A stretch of DNA of 64,000 bases from a virus. Lineage: Duplodnaviria > Caudoviricetes. Positions 29,725-39,638 of this stretch are shown here, piece after piece. The DNA lies in the IMG/VR virus record IMGVR_UViG_3300028805_000109, positions 2,478 to 66,477 of that record; one strand, given 5' to 3'. Both the position numbers and the translations under genes were made by a program. The notes below the pieces were generated by a model that did no database searches, was not told the DNA's origin, and saw nothing but the letters and a program-made list of their open reading frames with translations. The stretch's first letter is position 1. Every line of letters starts with the position of its first letter.

Positions 29725-30513
29725 TTATCCCTCACAATTATTAATTCTGTCTATACTATATTCGCACTGAGCTTTACTAATCTCACTACCAAAATAATTC
29801 ATACCTAATTTCTTACAAGCTACACCCGTAGTTCCAGTTCCATTAAAAGGGTCGTAAACTGTATTGCTCTCTTTGCCATATAATGAAAGCAACTGCATAC
29901 ATAAATCACTGCTGTAAGTAGCTTTATTTAATTTACACGAACCATCATTATTTTTAGCTTCGATAAAGTTGTAATAATTCTTATAAAACTGTTGTCCGTT
30001 TTTACCTATACTACTAACCTCTTTATTGCAGTTAAATGTCTTATACTCGTTCTTTCTAACAAATACAAATATATCCTCAACGATTCTTGTTAACTTATTT
30101 TTACTTACATTGTTAGGTAATGCCGAACTCTTTTTCCATATAATTCTGTCTGCTACTGTGAATTCTGTATTTCTAATAATATCAGCGATAGCAAGCCAAA
30201 TTAAACCAATGGATTCTGTATTAACACTTGCGTCTGAACCATAAGATACATTCCACAACACTACACCATTTTCAGACAGAATATTATTAAAGTGATTAAA
30301 TAAATCAACACACCAATTACAATACTCATTCTGTGACATAGTATCTAAGTGTACATCATAACGACCCTCGTTATTTTCTCGGCTTCTTTCAGATGTACTT
30401 GGTCTACCTGTATTATAAGGTGGACTCGTCAATACAATATCTACCTTATGATTGAATTTCTGCATCTTTTCCATTGTTGCTATGCAATCTTCATTAAAAA
30501 TTTTGTAAGACAT
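29725..30513 (-). CDS. Orphan DNA methyltransferase, beta class (probably N4-cytosine)
   Basis: Motif IV TSPPYN precedes motif I DPFNGTGTT; no cognate restriction gene nearby. Confidence 0.88.
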   Translation of the reverse strand: MSYKIFNEDCIATMEKMQKFNHKVDIVLTSPPYNTGRPSTSERSRENNEGRYDVHLDTMSQNEYCNWCVDLFNHFNNILSENGVVLWNVSYGSDASVNTESIGLIWLAIADIIRNTEFTVADRIIWKKSSALPNNVSKNKLTRIVEDIFVFVRKNEYKTFNCNKEVSSIGKNGQQFYKNYYNFIEAKNNDGSCKLNKATYSSDLCMQLLSLYGKESNTVYDPFNGTGTTGVACKKLGMNYFGSEISKAQCEYSIDRINNCEG

Positions 30514-30603
30514 ATCATTTTCCTTTCTGTTATTATAATAATTCTAAACAATATTATTATAATAATAAAAGAGAGCTTTGTCAAGCTCCCTTTTAATGAT
30601 TTA

Positions 30604-30783
30604 TCAATATTTATGATAAGTACGGAAAAATATTATTATACTTATAATATCAACAATAATAGCTACTATCATTGGTAAGAATACAATCCACCATGACCAA
30701 CTAATCAAGTCCATTGTTTTTAAAATCAGCAATATAAACCATGCCGCCCATAAAAATTTTGTATCAACACTAATGTTCATCAT
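30604..30783 (-). CDS. Small two-TM membrane protein, 59 aa (missing from the ORF track)
   Basis: MMNISVDTKFLWAAWFILLILKTMDLISWSWWIVFLPMIVAIIV...; GAGG RBS. Confidence 0.7.
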   Translation of the reverse strand: MMNISVDTKFLWAAWFILLILKTMDLISWSWWIVFLPMIVAIIVDIISIIIFFRTYHKY

Positions 30784-30784
30784 A

Positions 30785-31207
30785 TTATTCCTCGTTATAA
30801 TTTACGTTGTCTAAATAATAGGTTTCAATATAACTCAATAAGTCATACAGTGTATTAAATACCTTAACACCACTATTATCAATCCAAGGATGTAATTCTT
30901 TATCTGTATCGTTTAATATAAAAATCGGAATTCCTCTTTCTTTGGCTACGCCAATCTCGATTGCTGTACCGATTGAGTCATAATTCCAATTAACTATCAT
31001 AAGGTTAGACTGTCTAAGATGGTATAGGTCAAACTCCATAGCCTCTTTTTCAGTCATATCATCATTGAAATAATCGCATGGATTAAATACACTAGGAGAT
31101 ACCTTATACAGTTCATGGAAGTACTCAATAATATCATCTCTCCATGTTGTAGCTTCACTCCAATCAATGTTGCTAATTGCTCCTGCTAAATAAATTTTCA
31201 CGTTCAT
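30785..31207 (-). CDS. Nucleoside 2-deoxyribosyltransferase-like protein
   Basis: KIYLAG...VFNP...D...SIGTAIEIGVA pattern with the family Glu. Confidence 0.8.
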   Translation of the reverse strand: MNVKIYLAGAISNIDWSEATTWRDDIIEYFHELYKVSPSVFNPCDYFNDDMTEKEAMEFDLYHLRQSNLMIVNWNYDSIGTAIEIGVAKERGIPIFILNDTDKELHPWIDNSGVKVFNTLYDLLSYIETYYLDNVNYNEE

Positions 31208-31213
31208 TCCTCC

Positions 31214-32899
31214 TTAATCAAATACGTTACTTATTACTTCATAGTCTTTTACTAGAATCTGATTAGTTTTCTTTTCTCTATAAACATTTACTCCTAGTTG
31301 ACCTACTACAGTAATATTTAATTCACTATTGTCATTATAATTGATAGTTCCATCATCGTCAAGTACAATATGGAAATCTTTTGTAAGTTTCTCACGACTT
31401 ACTTTAAAGAACAATACATCTTTATCGCCAAGTGTAAGTTTTACTGTATCTAATTTCTTACCAATGACTTTAATTTCTCTTGGCTTAATTCTTATGTTCT
31501 TAATGCAAAAATCAGTGGTAAGCATACCCTCGCCTAAAATGCCGTTTAAAGGCTCAAATACGCCGAATAAATCTTTAGGTATATTATTTACCATCATCGT
31601 CTGTATAACGTCTAATTTAGTCGAATAATCAAGTTTTAAGGCGTTAATACTATCAAATAGTTCATTGGTTTTTGTACCATCAATATTAACAGCAAATGCA
31701 TTATCATCATGACCTTTCGCCCAATTAACACCGACCATCTCTTTAATAGTATTTCTACTGATAAATCCACCATCTCTAAATGAACCGATTGCTTCATTAT
31801 CTTTACCTAACTTAGCTACAATAGTAGGTTTATTATTATATCTACCACTAATTGAACCTGCAATCAATCCACTATAACTTCTTTTCATTTCGCTAGATAG
31901 GAGTAATATAATGTTTTCACCTATCATTGCATTATCAATATTGTTATCAACAAACGACTTTACATATTCATATTGTGACTGATGATACTTACCACACTCT
32001 TTAGCAACTGCTTCAAAATCATCACTCCTACCACAGAAAGCTAATAGCATCTTTTGTTTAAATTCTGTATTATCTGAGCGTATTACTGCATTTATCTTTG
32101 GGATTATAGTCCAACTTACATCCTTAGTTGTCAATTCGTCCTTATTGCAATACATATAAATCAATTCATATAATAATGGATTCTTAATGTCTTGTAATTT
32201 AAGTAACTTATAAACATAATATCTATTTTCATAATCATTTAATGGCATAGAATCGGAAAGTACACTCAATCCTACTAAATCAATAAAATCATCTGAAAAT
32301 TTTACACCTAGTTCTTTATCCATAGCTGATAGAAATTTATATGTAACTCCACAGCCACTTAAATTTCTATCTATATCAATATTGTCCTCTAGTCTATTAT
32401 TAATCAATACTCCATGTTCAATATATTCATCTGCATCATGATGGTCTAACACTAATAAATCAGTGCCTTTATCTAATAAAACCTTTTCTCTGTCAGTCTT
32501 TTCACTACCTGCGTCTGGTATGATTAATAAATCAAGATTATCTTTTAAAACCTTATTATAGACCTTATCATCAGCTAATCCACGTTCCTTACCATCGTGT
32601 AAATACAGTTTGATTTTTATAGTCTTATCATACCTTTTTATGTATCTATAAACAATACTAGCACTTGTAAACCCATCATTATCCCCGTCCGTCAAGATAC
32701 CAATTAAACTATGATTTAATAAATGATACTTGAATAAATTTATTCCTTCATGGATATTTTTAAAACCATAAGGATTACAATTATATTTACCACTTGGATT
32801 CAGATATTCTCTTACATCTGTAATACCACAATGCCTAAAGTAATTATATAAATCAATGTTTTCATATTCATCAAAAATATTGTTAATTTTTAAACTCAT
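31214..32899 (-). CDS. recJ: RecJ-like ssDNA exonuclease (DHH family)
   Basis: DGDNDG, IPDAG, LDHH, NLSGCGV, DHHA1 GSFR...GH. Confidence 0.9.
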   Translation of the reverse strand: MSLKINNIFDEYENIDLYNYFRHCGITDVREYLNPSGKYNCNPYGFKNIHEGINLFKYHLLNHSLIGILTDGDNDGFTSASIVYRYIKRYDKTIKIKLYLHDGKERGLADDKVYNKVLKDNLDLLIIPDAGSEKTDREKVLLDKGTDLLVLDHHDADEYIEHGVLINNRLEDNIDIDRNLSGCGVTYKFLSAMDKELGVKFSDDFIDLVGLSVLSDSMPLNDYENRYYVYKLLKLQDIKNPLLYELIYMYCNKDELTTKDVSWTIIPKINAVIRSDNTEFKQKMLLAFCGRSDDFEAVAKECGKYHQSQYEYVKSFVDNNIDNAMIGENIILLLSSEMKRSYSGLIAGSISGRYNNKPTIVAKLGKDNEAIGSFRDGGFISRNTIKEMVGVNWAKGHDDNAFAVNIDGTKTNELFDSINALKLDYSTKLDVIQTMMVNNIPKDLFGVFEPLNGILGEGMLTTDFCIKNIRIKPREIKVIGKKLDTVKLTLGDKDVLFFKVSREKLTKDFHIVLDDDGTINYNDNSELNITVVGQLGVNVYREKKTNQILVKDYEVISNVFD

Positions 32900-33033
32900 T
32901 TAAACAAATCCTTTTCTATTAGATTGTATTCGATAATGTCATTTGTAGTAGGCTGATTATCATTATTATCGTCATTATCGTTCTTTAGAAATATATAAAA
33001 TATAACTACTCCTAACACGCATAGAAAAATCAT
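32896..33033 (-). CDS. Small membrane-anchored acidic protein, 45 aa
   Basis: MIFLCVLGVVIFYIFLKNDNDDNNDNQPTT...; its stop overlaps the recJ ATG. Confidence 0.55.
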   Translation of the reverse strand: MIFLCVLGVVIFYIFLKNDNDDNNDNQPTTNDIIEYNLIEKDLFK

Positions 33034-33037
33034 ATAA

Positions 33038-34120
33038 CTACTCATAAATTACCTCTCTTTCTTTATATAAATTCAAATAAAAATCTTTACCATTGTCTGT
33101 AGGACTATCTTTAAGGTGGTGTCCTTGATAACTAACCAAAGCCGAAACTTTACAATATCCTTTACACATATCGGCTATCTTCAATACATTATCTCTAAAT
33201 GTATTAAACTCTTCATTATCTCCCACTTCTAAATAATCAAAATCCAATCCTATGATAATTTCATCAACGCCTAATTCAAGTATAGTGTTTAACTTTTTCT
33301 TACTAAACGCTTTACCAAACAACGCTACTGTAAAATTATCCTCTCCAAAATACCCATCAGCTTGTAATACGCTCTTTTCAGCTTCTACTAATAGACACTT
33401 CTTATGTTTTCTAATACCTACTTTTGTTTTGTCGATACCATATAGAAATTCATTAGTCGGAAACTTATAGGACGTTCCATTTAACATAGTGATAGGTAAA
33501 TATTTTATATCTTCCTTACCGAAAAATCTACCTCTAATTCCTATAATATTTCCATCTATATCTCTACATGGAATAACCACAGCGTTTTTATATTTATAGT
33601 ATTTAATATCGTATTTATCCATTGTATCAAAAGTAATATTATCATTAAGCCAACTTATATGATATAGATTATCAAACTGCAATAATACATCATCTTTATA
33701 TTTTTTATCAAATGTCGCTGTTTTCTTAGTTCCTTTGACAAATTGTACTAAATCTGATTTCCAATTATATGTATTTGTTTTAACAAACATATTACCATAA
33801 TCAAAATCAATTCCTATTTTACCACAAATATATTTAACGCAACGTGGAAAATTATATTCATATCCAAGTATCTTTGCTCTACGTTTAACTAATTCATATA
33901 TATCAAATGTTTCGTTACCTGTATGATATTCTACAAAGCTACAAGTTTCAATATAATAATATAATTTAGCCTTATGTTCATATGCGTCTTTCTTGTAGGT
34001 AATGCTTGTAAATATTAAAGTATCAATAGTCTGCTGTCTTAACTCACCTCCTAAAGATATTACAATCTTTATTACGTCATCTTCTGATAAATTTTCCTTA
34101 ATCTGTTTTGCATCAATCAT
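33038..34120 (-). CDS. dnaG: DnaG-type primase
   Basis: VIPCRD..G.IIGIRGR, KY; TOPRIM motifs LVEAEKS and LDFD. Confidence 0.85.
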   Translation of the reverse strand: MIDAKQIKENLSEDDVIKIVISLGGELRQQTIDTLIFTSITYKKDAYEHKAKLYYYIETCSFVEYHTGNETFDIYELVKRRAKILGYEYNFPRCVKYICGKIGIDFDYGNMFVKTNTYNWKSDLVQFVKGTKKTATFDKKYKDDVLLQFDNLYHISWLNDNITFDTMDKYDIKYYKYKNAVVIPCRDIDGNIIGIRGRFFGKEDIKYLPITMLNGTSYKFPTNEFLYGIDKTKVGIRKHKKCLLVEAEKSVLQADGYFGEDNFTVALFGKAFSKKKLNTILELGVDEIIIGLDFDYLEVGDNEEFNTFRDNVLKIADMCKGYCKVSALVSYQGHHLKDSPTDNGKDFYLNLYKEREVIYE

Positions 34121-34136
34121 TGTGCCACCTCAATAT

Positions 34137-34188
34137 AAAAAGACTTTATCTTAGTATCTATTATACCAAGATAAAGTCTTTAAGTCAA
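34137..34188 (-). promoter_or_regulatory. Promoter with its -10 in the loop of a 14-bp terminator hairpin
   Basis: TTGACT-17-TATAAT; arms AAAGACTTTATCTT/AAGATAAAGTCTTT; the -35 overlaps the helicase TGA. Confidence 0.7.
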
Positions 34189-35747
34189 GCTATTAAATTA
34201 ACTTCCGTTTTAGGAATATTAATCGGATTAAAGTTCTTATCAGTAACAAACATTTCAATCTTACGCATATTACCTAAGTCGTAATAACTGAATATCTTAC
34301 ATTCTTTAGGATATTCACTAAATCTACTCTTATATACAGTTTCTACAAAGTTAGGCTCTAAGCGGTTAGTTCCCATCTTTTTATGTTTATTGATAGGACA
34401 TTCATCTATTAGTCCGTCTACAAGTTTCTTTTCCATTAATGTAATTGGCATTGATATTGAACCGCCCGTACAAGTATCTGCAATCTGTTTTGAACCACGT
34501 AATACTTGATAATCTCTAGCTTTATAATCTGATATACCACTATTTACCTGTGTAGCTGTTAATAATCCTACGTCATATTTCTTGGCTAGATTCTTTAATG
34601 CCTTTGCTAATTCACCTAGGATTTCATCACCTCTAGCACCAACTCCGCTACGACCTCTACTTTCTACAAACTCTTTAACAAGCTGATTATTTAAAAGGAT
34701 ATAGTCAAAAGCTACATACTCAATATCATACTGCTGTTTGTATTCCTTAATCTTATCTTCAACCTTGCGTATATTAAAACTAGGCATATCAACAAGCCAT
34801 AAACACTTATCATTAACTATGTCAATAGCTTCTTGCACCCTTTTATATTCTGTTGGTGTACATTTGTGGTGTATAATTTTACTCGACTCTACACCACTAA
34901 TATATGACCAAAAGATAGGGTCTACTTCAAAATCAAGTTCCATCTCTGAGCCGATATATAATCCTCTGTGTTTACCATTAGGGTTATAATCCCAAGTATT
35001 TGTCGTAAGATTGTAAATCTTTTCACAACATAACGTACTTAAATCGCCAATCAAACTACGAGATTTTCCACTACTTGTATCACCACTACGGATATATACT
35101 TGCTTTTTATTAATTCCACCCCATAGTGTAGTTAGGTATTTTGACTCTAATCCTAATCCCATTGTTATATCTTGCTCAAATGCATCTAATATTGCTTGAC
35201 CATTATCACCTGCTTGTTTCTCAGTAGTATCTTCATCAATGACAAATTTGTTTTTTAAACTTGCACATATCATATCGAATTTATCCACAATATCAGCAAT
35301 AGTGTATTTATTAAGGTTCTTTTCATTTTCTTCGTTATCTTTATCTACGTTCCAAAAGTCCGATATGTCAAAACCATTATCTCTAAATGCTCTTAAACAG
35401 CTTCTTTTCTTTACCTCACTCCACCAATAACTATAGTTGTGGTTATCGTCTGTTAACTCTTTTAATGTTTTTACATATCCAACTATATCTCCATCGTTCA
35501 ATTCCTCTTGTAAAGAATTTAGCTGTTCGGGATAATCATTTAAATAATTAACAATCTCAATTGGTTCTACCTTTTCTACACCTTTATCCGCTAACTGTGA
35601 AATACAAACATATATTATTTTATGTATTAAAAATGGTTTAAAATCGCTCTTTTCTAATGGATAAGTACTGTTATAAATCAAACTAGTATTATTCATTAAC
35701 GTACCTAATACAAAGTTACTAGCACTAATGCTATATATCTTTTCCAT
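34185..35747 (-). CDS. dnaB: DnaB-like replicative helicase
   Basis: Walker A SGDTSSGKS; GSEM; FDYI; TATQVN; RGSK; KSR. Confidence 0.85.
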   Translation of the reverse strand: MEKIYSISASNFVLGTLMNNTSLIYNSTYPLEKSDFKPFLIHKIIYVCISQLADKGVEKVEPIEIVNYLNDYPEQLNSLQEELNDGDIVGYVKTLKELTDDNHNYSYWWSEVKKRSCLRAFRDNGFDISDFWNVDKDNEENEKNLNKYTIADIVDKFDMICASLKNKFVIDEDTTEKQAGDNGQAILDAFEQDITMGLGLESKYLTTLWGGINKKQVYIRSGDTSSGKSRSLIGDLSTLCCEKIYNLTTNTWDYNPNGKHRGLYIGSEMELDFEVDPIFWSYISGVESSKIIHHKCTPTEYKRVQEAIDIVNDKCLWLVDMPSFNIRKVEDKIKEYKQQYDIEYVAFDYILLNNQLVKEFVESRGRSGVGARGDEILGELAKALKNLAKKYDVGLLTATQVNSGISDYKARDYQVLRGSKQIADTCTGGSISMPITLMEKKLVDGLIDECPINKHKKMGTNRLEPNFVETVYKSRFSEYPKECKIFSYYDLGNMRKIEMFVTDKNFNPINIPKTEVNLIA

Positions 35748-35761
35748 TCAAACCCTCCTAG

Positions 35762-36178
35762 TCAGTCAAAAGTTTCGTTTTTTCTATTAAAAGTAATAGA
35801 ATTACTATGTTTAGTAACCTTGTTTACATCTTCTGTGAATTGAAAATTTTTAGCATTTTGTTTCTTTTCTTTATACTGTAGCATATAATTTCTTGCCTTG
35901 TCAAGATAATATGGTACTAATCCTAATGTATCTACATCTGAAATATCTTTACCTTCAAATGTTATCATATACTGTATAGTGTTCTTAATGTCAGTATATG
36001 ATATATGGTCTTTATTCATATTCTTAATCTGTGATACCAACAAAGTCCAAGGTATATCATCATTAGTATATCCTTTTGCAAAATATAATGCTTGTATCAC
36101 ATCTGTAAGTTTGCGATATTCCGTAGTAGTAGTTGACTTTGGTTTTTCTGTCTGATATTCTGTTTTCTTTTTAGCCAT
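35762..36178 (-). CDS. Hypothetical protein (replication-associated)
   Basis: AGGA RBS; contains LGLVPYY; sits before the helicase. Confidence 0.7.
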   Translation of the reverse strand: MAKKKTEYQTEKPKSTTTTEYRKLTDVIQALYFAKGYTNDDIPWTLLVSQIKNMNKDHISYTDIKNTIQYMITFEGKDISDVDTLGLVPYYLDKARNYMLQYKEKKQNAKNFQFTEDVNKVTKHSNSITFNRKNETFD

Positions 36179-36194
36179 AAATCGTCCTATTGTA

Positions 36195-36228
36195 AAAAGG
36201 GATAGGGTATTGTTATCCCTATCCCTAG
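36195..36228 (-). terminator. Intrinsic terminator
   Basis: AGGGATAGGG/CCCTATCCCT stem with a T-run on the minus strand. Confidence 0.75.
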
Positions 36229-36235
36229 TTATTGT

Positions 36236-36586
36236 TTAATCTATATTTAATTCATACCATGTATGTTCAAACATATCTTCAAATGTTGGGATGAATACCT
36301 CATCTACAGGTACACATAAATCATCATTTTCCATATATGTCTGCACTAAATGTCTGTCATACTTAATATTGCTCAAATGAACAAATAAGTTATAATGTGA
36401 AAAATAATGGTCATCTCTGATAAACCAACGCTCAAATACGTCCTTATCGTTATCAAGTTCACAATTGTCTTTTGACCAAATATTAAGCAAATCCCCAAAA
36501 GTAAAAGTATTTTTAATGTCTACGTGTGGATTCTGACCACCGTACTTTAATAACTTCTTGCCCTTATTATAAGTTAGTAAATTCAT
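36236..36586 (-). CDS. Hypothetical protein, 116 aa
   Basis: GAGG RBS; ATGA coupling to the HNH gene. Confidence 0.7.
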   Translation of the reverse strand: MNLLTYNKGKKLLKYGGQNPHVDIKNTFTFGDLLNIWSKDNCELDNDKDVFERWFIRDDHYFSHYNLFVHLSNIKYDRHLVQTYMENDDLCVPVDEVFIPTFEDMFEHTWYELNID

Positions 36587-37347
36587 CCTTCTACCTCAGT
36601 ATCTTTTCTTCTAAGATATTCCTCTCTTGATTCATATTTCTTTCTTTCAAATGCTTCTTCTGTACTCATACCTAATGCTAATCTTGCTTTAGTAGAACTA
36701 TAATCTAAATGTAGTTCTCTTACCCAATCTGCCAAAGACTGTGTTTTACCCTTATAGTTCAATATTTTATTCCTACGTGTATTATTATGTTGAACGTCCA
36801 TATCTACCCATCTGCAATTGCTAGGTTCATAATTTCCATTGGAATCAATTCTATCTATGGTTAATTCTGAATTCCAATTATTTTTTAACGCCCATTCTTT
36901 AAAATTATTATAATCTAGCCATTCTTCCGTAACTGTTATTCCTCTGCCACCGTAATATTGATAATGTACATCATTGCTATTCAAACAACGATGACACATT
37001 GCGTGCCAAGAGTTATATAAATTATTATATATGCTACTAGTTTGGCTGTCCGAATCTTCGTATTTTTTATTTTCACGATTCATCTGTGCTAATCTTTGTG
37101 CTTTTTCACAACCACAAGAATGAACCTTATCTGATAATAATTGCAATCTATTAGCATAATAATAATTACCACAATCACATTTGCATTTGAGTATGTATTT
37201 ACGTTTGTGTATATCAATTTCCCCATTTGCATCTCTGATATCTTCAACATACACTATTGGTAAAACTGTCAATTTGCCATATTTCTTTCCAAACATGGAT
37301 TCAATATCTTCATACTGAATTCCACGTTTGGATTTTTTATTACTCAA
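36583..37347 (-). CDS. Free-standing HNH-type homing endonuclease
   Basis: CKCDCGN...SCGC zinc module; YYGGRGITV; LTIDRIDSNGNYEPSNCRWV. Confidence 0.85.
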   Translation of the reverse strand: MSNKKSKRGIQYEDIESMFGKKYGKLTVLPIVYVEDIRDANGEIDIHKRKYILKCKCDCGNYYYANRLQLLSDKVHSCGCEKAQRLAQMNRENKKYEDSDSQTSSIYNNLYNSWHAMCHRCLNSNDVHYQYYGGRGITVTEEWLDYNNFKEWALKNNWNSELTIDRIDSNGNYEPSNCRWVDMDVQHNNTRRNKILNYKGKTQSLADWVRELHLDYSSTKARLALGMSTEEAFERKKYESREEYLRRKDTEVEG

Positions 37348-38389
37348 TATCTATATCCCTATCGGATGCAAGGTCAGTTAGGTCTGTAAGCAAATATTCA
37401 AGAGTACGTACATCTTCAATTTCTGATACTTTACCATTCTCGGTTTCAGCTATATGGTCATTGATAATCTCTTTAGCTCTTTCTTTCGCCGATGTACCAA
37501 ACAAGATTTTACCAATTCTTGTTACTTCATCAACTAACTCATCGTGTGACATATGCTTAGTAACTTCTTCCTGCTTTTCTACTACTGTAGTATAATCAAC
37601 GCCCTTCTTCTTAGCAAGATTAATACCACACTTTTCTACATAATCCATAACGGATTTTGCGTTGAAATCTACATCAAAAGTTTCAGCACCTTCTCCGTAT
37701 CTATTACGACCAAAATGTTTACTAGTATCGTCACAATAAGCTCTTGAATAAGCCTTAGAGCCATCATCGTTAGTAGGACGCTCTACATAAAAAGCGTAAT
37801 CGCTGTTATCTCTGATATACTTACAAATTACGCCCGTTCCACTATCTTTTCCACTACCACTTGGAATAACACGACCTGTATCAGCATCTTCAATTTCATC
37901 ATGATAGATAAAGAAGATAGTAACACCTGTCAATGACATTAACTTAATAAATGGTGTATCTGTATATGACTTATAAATATCATATGCTTTACCATAGCCA
38001 AGGTCGCCCAAAGTTTCAATGTCTTTCTTCTTTGTTACATAGTTCTTAGCAATGGTAGGAATCTTCTCTACACCATCAATAATCAATACAGGAGTATTTT
38101 CAAGTATATAATCTCTATTCTTTTCATTTGTAAAATCAGAAAGAATCTCTCTTGTATTCTTATAATCAGTACCATCTACAAGATAGAAGTCGTCAGCCGC
38201 ATTTGTACCATTTTCAAAAGCAAGGACTACAGGAGCGGCATCGGGATTCTTTGATACCTTCTTACAAATCTCTTTTCCAAGTTCCAGTGCTACAGTTGTC
38301 TTACCTGTTCCATTATCGCCATAGATTACTACTTTCTGTCCTACTAATCCTATTGCCATTTTCTGCTTCTTTAATTTCTTTAGTAACAT
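37340..38389 (-). CDS. AAA ATPase, Sak4-like single-strand annealing protein
   Basis: YGDNGTGKTT Walker A; IIDG; GYGKAY; adjacent to the SSB-like gene. Confidence 0.78.
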   Translation of the reverse strand: MLLKKLKKQKMAIGLVGQKVVIYGDNGTGKTTVALELGKEICKKVSKNPDAAPVVLAFENGTNAADDFYLVDGTDYKNTREILSDFTNEKNRDYILENTPVLIIDGVEKIPTIAKNYVTKKKDIETLGDLGYGKAYDIYKSYTDTPFIKLMSLTGVTIFFIYHDEIEDADTGRVIPSGSGKDSGTGVICKYIRDNSDYAFYVERPTNDDGSKAYSRAYCDDTSKHFGRNRYGEGAETFDVDFNAKSVMDYVEKCGINLAKKKGVDYTTVVEKQEEVTKHMSHDELVDEVTRIGKILFGTSAKERAKEIINDHIAETENGKVSEIEDVRTLEYLLTDLTDLASDRDIDIE

Positions 38390-38486
38390 AATATCCTCCG
38401 TTTAATTAAATCAAGTTCAAGTAATTAAATTATCATATCGGCAATTTTTTAATTATTTGCCGATATGATATAAAGATTAGATTGGA

Positions 38487-39455
38487 TTAAGCGAATGGGT
38501 CATCTTCGATATCATCTTCCTCTGTAACCTTACTAGGTCTATTTCCAAGTCCTAATCCCTTCTTACTAGTGGTATTATCAGAGCTACCATTACGAGCTTC
38601 TTCCTTCTTGGCGTTAATCATAACCTCTCGGTCTGACATTGCTTTCTTAAACTTATCAATGTCGATATAATACTGATTTTCATCGTCATCGATAGCTTCT
38701 TCTCCACCGAATACAGAGATTTCTACTGTAGTATATCCTTCTACTACCTTACTCTCTCTCTTACCGAAAGCTCTCTTAGAATCTGACTTCTTAGCTCCTA
38801 CTGTTTTAGTTTTCAGTTCAACATCAAGTACTACAGAGTCGCCCTTTGAATATAAATCTTCAAAGTCACCTGCAAGCTCTTCACTTACTACAAGATTGAT
38901 AGGGAATACTGAGCCATCATAGTTTACGCTGTAAAGCTCTACTAAGAGTCTACCTGTTTCTTCATCATTAACAGTTTCTTCCTTAATGTTCTTAATAATT
39001 CCACTAATCTTACCATCAGTAGAATCTTCTGTTGGAACATTTGATGAGCTAATACTAAAGCTCTGTACCTGTGTACGTGATGACCATTCTCCCTGCTTAT
39101 TTACATATCCGTTTTCTGTAAGAGAGCCATTAACAATTACTCTAGTACCCTTTTCATAACCCATTACAGTTTCAAGAGCCTTAAAACGAGGATTATCCTT
39201 TAGACCGCCGTTTTCTTTATCTTCAATCTGTGAATAAGTTGGAATAATCTCAACTTCATAGATTTCACCATTAGCCTTAATTGTAATAGCTGGACTCTTT
39301 GTATCAGCCTTTACAATTGCACCTACAATGTCGGCGTTATTCTTGTTTTTTCTCTTCTCATCGAATGTAAGATTGATTTCCTCAATAGTTCCTACAAGCT
39401 GTACTCTGTTCTTGCTCTGTGAGAGATTCTTTGTTTCCTTTTCCTTTTTACTCAT
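38487..39455 (-). CDS. SSB-like tandem OB-fold protein
   Basis: NRVQLVGTIEE OB start, a second OB (KISGIIKN), and an acidic tail EEDDIEDDPFA resembling the SSB C-terminal peptide. Confidence 0.7.
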   Translation of the reverse strand: MSKKEKETKNLSQSKNRVQLVGTIEEINLTFDEKRKNKNNADIVGAIVKADTKSPAITIKANGEIYEVEIIPTYSQIEDKENGGLKDNPRFKALETVMGYEKGTRVIVNGSLTENGYVNKQGEWSSRTQVQSFSISSSNVPTEDSTDGKISGIIKNIKEETVNDEETGRLLVELYSVNYDGSVFPINLVVSEELAGDFEDLYSKGDSVVLDVELKTKTVGAKKSDSKRAFGKRESKVVEGYTTVEISVFGGEEAIDDDENQYYIDIDKFKKAMSDREVMINAKKEEARNGSSDNTTSKKGLGLGNRPSKVTEEDDIEDDPFA

Positions 39456-39638
39456 TAGTAAAATTCCTCCATTTAATAATATTATTTTTTCAATGTTCTT
39501 GTCGCTAATCTCACTCGCAACTTGTTATCTCTGTCTGACATTATGTATCATATCACATATAAAATCATATGTCAAATGTTTTTTATCATTTTTTTTGTTT
39601 TTTATTTTTTATTCAAATCGATTTTATTCAAATTGATT

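Noticed and set aside
26383-35747. Inteins or introns in dnaE, primase or helicase
   Set aside because: Continuous frames of expected length, with no C...HN-C/S/T splice motifs or intron cores seen.
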